A stretch of 8,183 bases of DNA from the IMG/VR virus record IMGVR_UViG_2778261512_000016; one strand, 5' to 3'. Of the stretch, positions 5,932-8,183 are shown piece after piece. The number at the start of each line of letters is the position of its first letter. Within the stretch, counting starts at the first letter, position 1. This DNA is from a virus (lineage: Duplodnaviria > Heunggongvirae > Uroviricota > Caudoviricetes). The position numbers and the translations under genes were made by a program. The notes under the pieces were generated by a model. That model was not told where the DNA came from and did not search any database. It saw only the letters and a program-made list of their open reading frames with translations.

Positions 5932-6433
5932 AATTCCATCCAGCTTTTTGTTGGTATTGCTGTCGATACGCAAGCTTGAAAGCAATTGCTTTTTCTATAA
6001 GTTCGTCAGTTTCACGATCTACAACGGCAGGATCTGCAAAAAGCAGTCCGGATTCCACCACATCGCCATATTCTTTATTTAACCCGGCGATCATGTACGT
6101 AATACTTTTTCCATCACTGATCTCACGATACAACCTGAAATCACTAATCCGGATAGCCTCCATAATCGCAGGCACTAGCGCCGTGAACTTTTCACGCTTA
6201 TCCCTGGTGTCGATAGCCTTCCAGCGTTCGAATATCTTCACTCGATTAACGCCAAGCGCTCGCTGATCAACCGCGCCACCTTCATCTGTGACACGCTGAA
6301 CATCGATGTTCGGGCGCTCTTTCAAAGCCCAGAATGCTTCAGTGATTAATATCGTCGCCTGCTCCTGTGTCATTCCTGGTCGACATATCCAGGCATCCAG
6401 AGCCTCACGAGCCTGTTCAGGAGTGATTTTCAT
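5912..6433 (-). CDS. Prophage protein, 173 aa, in the position of the CII/YdaT-type gene downstream of cro; possibly YdaT-family
   Basis: ATG at 6433, overlapping the dicC stop by 17 nt (translational coupling). Synteny cI-like / cro-like / this gene / replication initiator matches Rac-type racR-ydaS-ydaT-ydaU. Family assignment is by position, not by a recognised motif. Confidence 0.6.
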   Translation of the reverse strand: MKITPEQAREALDAWICRPGMTQEQATILITEAFWALKERPNIDVQRVTDEGGAVDQRALGVNRVKIFERWKAIDTRDKREKFTALVPAIMEAIRISDFRLYREISDGKSITYMIAGLNKEYGDVVESGLLFADPAVVDRETDELIEKAIAFKLAYRQQYQQKAGWNYESSFC

Positions 6434-6647
6434 TGTTCAACCGCCCCGCCCGCTTCGTCTTACGATATTCATCATAAACTTTGGGATCATACTGAAGCTC
6501 CCCGCCAGATGCCTCCTGTAGACGCATCGCGCGACCTTCGGGAACTAAATCCCCTTTCCAGCTATAAAGCGAAGCCAAACGAATACCTGCTGCTTGTGCA
6601 AGTTTTGTTTTTGAACCGAAATACAAAAGAGCGTCAGTTTTAAGCAT
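6417..6647 (-). CDS. dicC: Cro-like HTH regulator DicC (76 aa)
   Basis: Translation MLKTDALLYFGSKTKLAQAAGIRLASLYSWKG ... matches my memory of DicC/YdaS-type Cro-like proteins. AAGGTG lies 6 nt upstream of the ATG at 6647. Divergent from dicA. Confidence 0.85.
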   Translation of the reverse strand: MLKTDALLYFGSKTKLAQAAGIRLASLYSWKGDLVPEGRAMRLQEASGGELQYDPKVYDEYRKTKRAGRLNNENHS

Positions 6648-6661
6648 TTAAAACACCTTTA

Positions 6662-6709
6662 TTGTTAGTCATGACTAACAAAATAGATGTTAACAAAAAC
6701 ATAGTCAAT
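6662..6709 (-). promoter_or_regulatory. dicC promoter with overlapping operator: perfect 20-bp palindrome TTGTTAGTCATGACTAACAA (6662..6681)
   Basis: Minus strand: -35 TTGACT (plus coords 6704..6709), 17-bp spacer, -10 TATTTT (6681..6686). The palindrome lies immediately downstream, over the predicted start. The dicA promoter in the same intergenic region could not be placed confidently. Confidence 0.55.
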
Positions 6710-6730
6710 ACGATTTAGCATTAGCTAACT

Positions 6731-7138
6731 ATGGAAACAAAAAATTTAACTATCGGCGAACGCATTAGGTATCGTCGGAAAAACCTCAAACACACCCAAA
6801 GGTCTCTTGCTAAAGCCCTGAAAATCTCCCATGTGTCTGTATCACAATGGGAACGGGATGATAGTGAACCTACAGGGAAGAACCTTTTTGCCCTCAGCAA
6901 AGTATTGCAATGCTCACCAACATGGATTCTATTTGGCGATGAAGACAAGCAACCAACACCACCTGTTGAGAAGCCAGTTGCCTTATCCCCCAAAGAACTA
7001 GAGCTCCTTGAGCTGTTTAATGCACTGCCAGAATCAGAACAGGATACCCAGCTCGCCGAAATGCGAGCTCGAGTAAAAAACTTCAATAAACTCTTTGAAG
7101 AATTACTAAAAGCCCGTCAGCGGACAAATAAAAGATAA
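6731..7138 (+). CDS. dicA: CI-like HTH (XRE-family) repressor DicA, 135 aa
   Basis: Translation METKNLTIGERIRYRRKNLKHTQRSLAKALKISHVSVSQWER ... matches my recollection of E. coli DicA (135 aa). HTH in the N-terminus; divergent from the cro-like gene. Confidence 0.9.
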   Translation: METKNLTIGERIRYRRKNLKHTQRSLAKALKISHVSVSQWERDDSEPTGKNLFALSKVLQCSPTWILFGDEDKQPTPPVEKPVALSPKELELLELFNALPESEQDTQLAEMRARVKNFNKLFEELLKARQRTNKR

Positions 7139-7160
7139 CATCATCAATGAGTTATCTTTT
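7133..7160 (+). terminator. Weak hairpin overlapping the dicA stop (AGATAAC - 11 nt loop - GTTATCT, then TTT); possible attenuating terminator
   Basis: 7-bp AT-rich stem with a short U-run; weak. K-12 dicA is thought to read through into the ydfABC-dicB operon, so this may be only a partial terminator or nothing. Confidence 0.2.
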
Positions 7161-7171
7161 ACCACATCAAT

Positions 7172-7227
7172 CATGTTAGCCATAACATACAAAATTACTT
7201 GACCTATATGTTAGCCATGGCTAATCT
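7172..7227 (+). promoter_or_regulatory. Promoter of the ydfA-ydfB-ydfC operon with DicA-operator-like sites
   Basis: -35 TTGACC (7199..7204), 17-bp spacer, -10 TAATCT (7222..7227). The spacer contains the perfect 14-bp palindrome TTAGCCATGGCTAA (7211..7224), and a further copy of ATGTTAGCCAT lies at 7172..7183. The half-site TGTTAG(C/T)CA matches the dicA/dicC operator palindrome. Confidence 0.45.
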
Positions 7228-7304
7228 TATTTGCATCAACACACCGCACGGTGTTCTCAGCAAACAGTTCCGCTACCCCGGCGTTAAGGGGAAATGAGGT
7301 CAAC

Positions 7305-7460
7305 ATGGATACTATCGATCTTGGCAACAGCGAATCTCTGGTATGTGGCGTGTTCCCCAACCAGGACGGTACGTTCACCGCGATGACGTATACCAAAAGC
7401 AAAACGTTTAAAACCGAATCTGGAGCGCGTCGCTGGCTGGAAAGAAATTCAGGTGGGTGA
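7305..7460 (+). CDS. ydfA: Small prophage protein, 51 aa, YdfA-like
   Basis: ATG at 7305 with GAGG 5 nt upstream (MDTIDLGNSESLVCGVFPNQDGTFTAMTYTKSKTFKTESGARRWLERNSGG). Length and position after dicA match K-12 ydfA as I recall it. The listed ORF starts further upstream at 7251. Confidence 0.7.
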   Translation: MDTIDLGNSESLVCGVFPNQDGTFTAMTYTKSKTFKTESGARRWLERNSGG

Positions 7461-7461
7461 T

Positions 7462-7590
7462 ATGGATTTCGACACAATCATGGAAAAGGCTTACGAAGAA
7501 TACTTCGAAGGTCTTGCCGAAGGCGAAGAAGCTCTCAGCTTCAGCGAATTTAAACAGGCACTTTCCAGTTCGGCAAAATCTAACGGCTGA
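7462..7590 (+). CDS. ydfB: Small acidic prophage protein, 42 aa, YdfB-like
   Basis: ATG at 7462, 1 nt after the ydfA stop, with AGGTGGG upstream (MDFDTIMEKAYEEYFEGLAEGEEALSFSEFKQALSSSAKSNG). Below the ORF-track size cut-off; found by reading the sequence. Confidence 0.6.
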   Translation: MDFDTIMEKAYEEYFEGLAEGEEALSFSEFKQALSSSAKSNG

Positions 7591-7619
7591 TAAGCGAAAC
7601 AGCACCGCGAGGAATCAGT

Positions 7620-7838
7620 ATGCAGAAACGAGAACCCGTCATCATCGCGCCAGACTATACCGATGATGAACTTTATGAGTGGATGCGCCAGAAAATTAAT
7701 GCAGCGCAGGATCTGAAATGGGCCAATGAAGCCAGGGCTAAGCAGGCTGAAAATCTGTCCGCTCTGGAGCAGGATATCACTAATCTGGAAAAAGCAGCGA
7801 CATTAAGCATTGCCAGAATGATTACATACCCGCGTTAA
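7620..7838 (+). CDS. ydfC: Small prophage protein, 72 aa, YdfC-like
   Basis: ATG at 7620 with GAGG 7 nt upstream (MQKREPVIIAPDYTDDELYEWMRQKINAAQDLKWANEARAKQAENLSALEQDITNLEKAATLSIARMITYPR). Third gene of the dicA-downstream operon. Confidence 0.75.
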   Translation: MQKREPVIIAPDYTDDELYEWMRQKINAAQDLKWANEARAKQAENLSALEQDITNLEKAATLSIARMITYPR

Positions 7839-8183
7839 TAGCTAACCAACGAAGCTAAGGTTGGTAATTAAGGAGTTCTCCACGGATGAGGTGGAGTGCG
7901 TGCGCCGGACACGGGTGAGCATCCGGCACTGACAGTTTACTGAAAGGATATTTCCCTGAAAAGTCAGACCATAACGCGAAAGCGCACGGCGAGGTAGCTG
8001 GTTCATAGATAGCCTGTCGTTAAATTTTCGTCGACCGTGCGCTTCCGGTTGTGGCAATCCGCGAAATGGCGCGGCGGTAAGTATGGCGGGGTTATTCCTT
8101 CCCCCGTTGAGGACACCGGGTTGTCAGGTTGACCATACGCTTAAGTGACAACCCCGCTGCAACGCCCTCTGTTATCAATTTTC

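Noticed and set aside
4753-6521. ORFs 4753..4962, 5112..5345, 5149..5373, 5709..5900, 5855..6082, 5976..6266, 6306..6521 (all +)
   Set aside because: All lie antisense to or out of frame with the minus-strand replication/regulatory genes and have Arg/Ser/Pro-rich composition typical of antisense frames.
6721-7605. ORFs 6721..7086 (-), 7211..7477 (-), 7408..7605 (-), 7457..7666 (+)
   Set aside because: Antisense or alternative frames over dicA and the ydfA/ydfB/ydfC genes; the sense-strand genes have RBSs and expected lengths.
7842-8057. 71-aa minus-strand ORF in the GC-rich tail, and a 10-codon plus-strand mini-ORF after AAGGAG (ATG at 7886)
   Set aside because: Arg-rich, no RBS and no homology cues for the 71-aa frame; the mini-ORF is too short to support. 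The region is better explained as structured non-coding RNA or DNA.
1-8183. Search for tRNA/tmRNA genes, CRISPR arrays and an integrase/attachment site
   Set aside because: No tRNA-like T-arm/anticodon architecture, no regularly spaced direct repeats with unique spacers (the only tandem repeats are the ori iterons), and no integrase gene in the window. The prophage ends are not in this window.

Overview
This window reads as a segment of a Qin-like lambdoid prophage from an Escherichia/Shigella-type genome, with a low-GC three-gene cargo island inserted in it. All calls are made by eye and from memory of protein families; nothing was checked against a database. Left to right: (1) the 3' end of an IS629-type IS3-family element (1..431) that truncates a small minus-strand ORF; (2) a hok/mok/sok-type toxin-antisense locus (about 680..1136) with a HokD/RelF-like toxin; (3) an AT-rich island (about 1400..4460) carrying a two-gene plus-strand operon (4-TM membrane protein, then a small class I SAM-methyltransferase-like protein) and a convergent minus-strand 299-aa gene with an R-x4-H (HEPN-like) motif; (4) a minus-strand replication/regulatory module: a 140-aa protein, an O-like replication initiator containing five iterons plus an AT-rich tract, a 173-aa protein and the Cro-like DicC; (5) the divergent repressor DicA followed by small ydfA/ydfB/ydfC-like ORFs; (6) a GC-rich structured non-coding tail with no recognisable dicF. 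The most interesting part is the cargo island, which sits where K-12 Qin (as I recall it) carries relBE-ydfV-flxA and is a candidate for an undescribed defence or accessory module.
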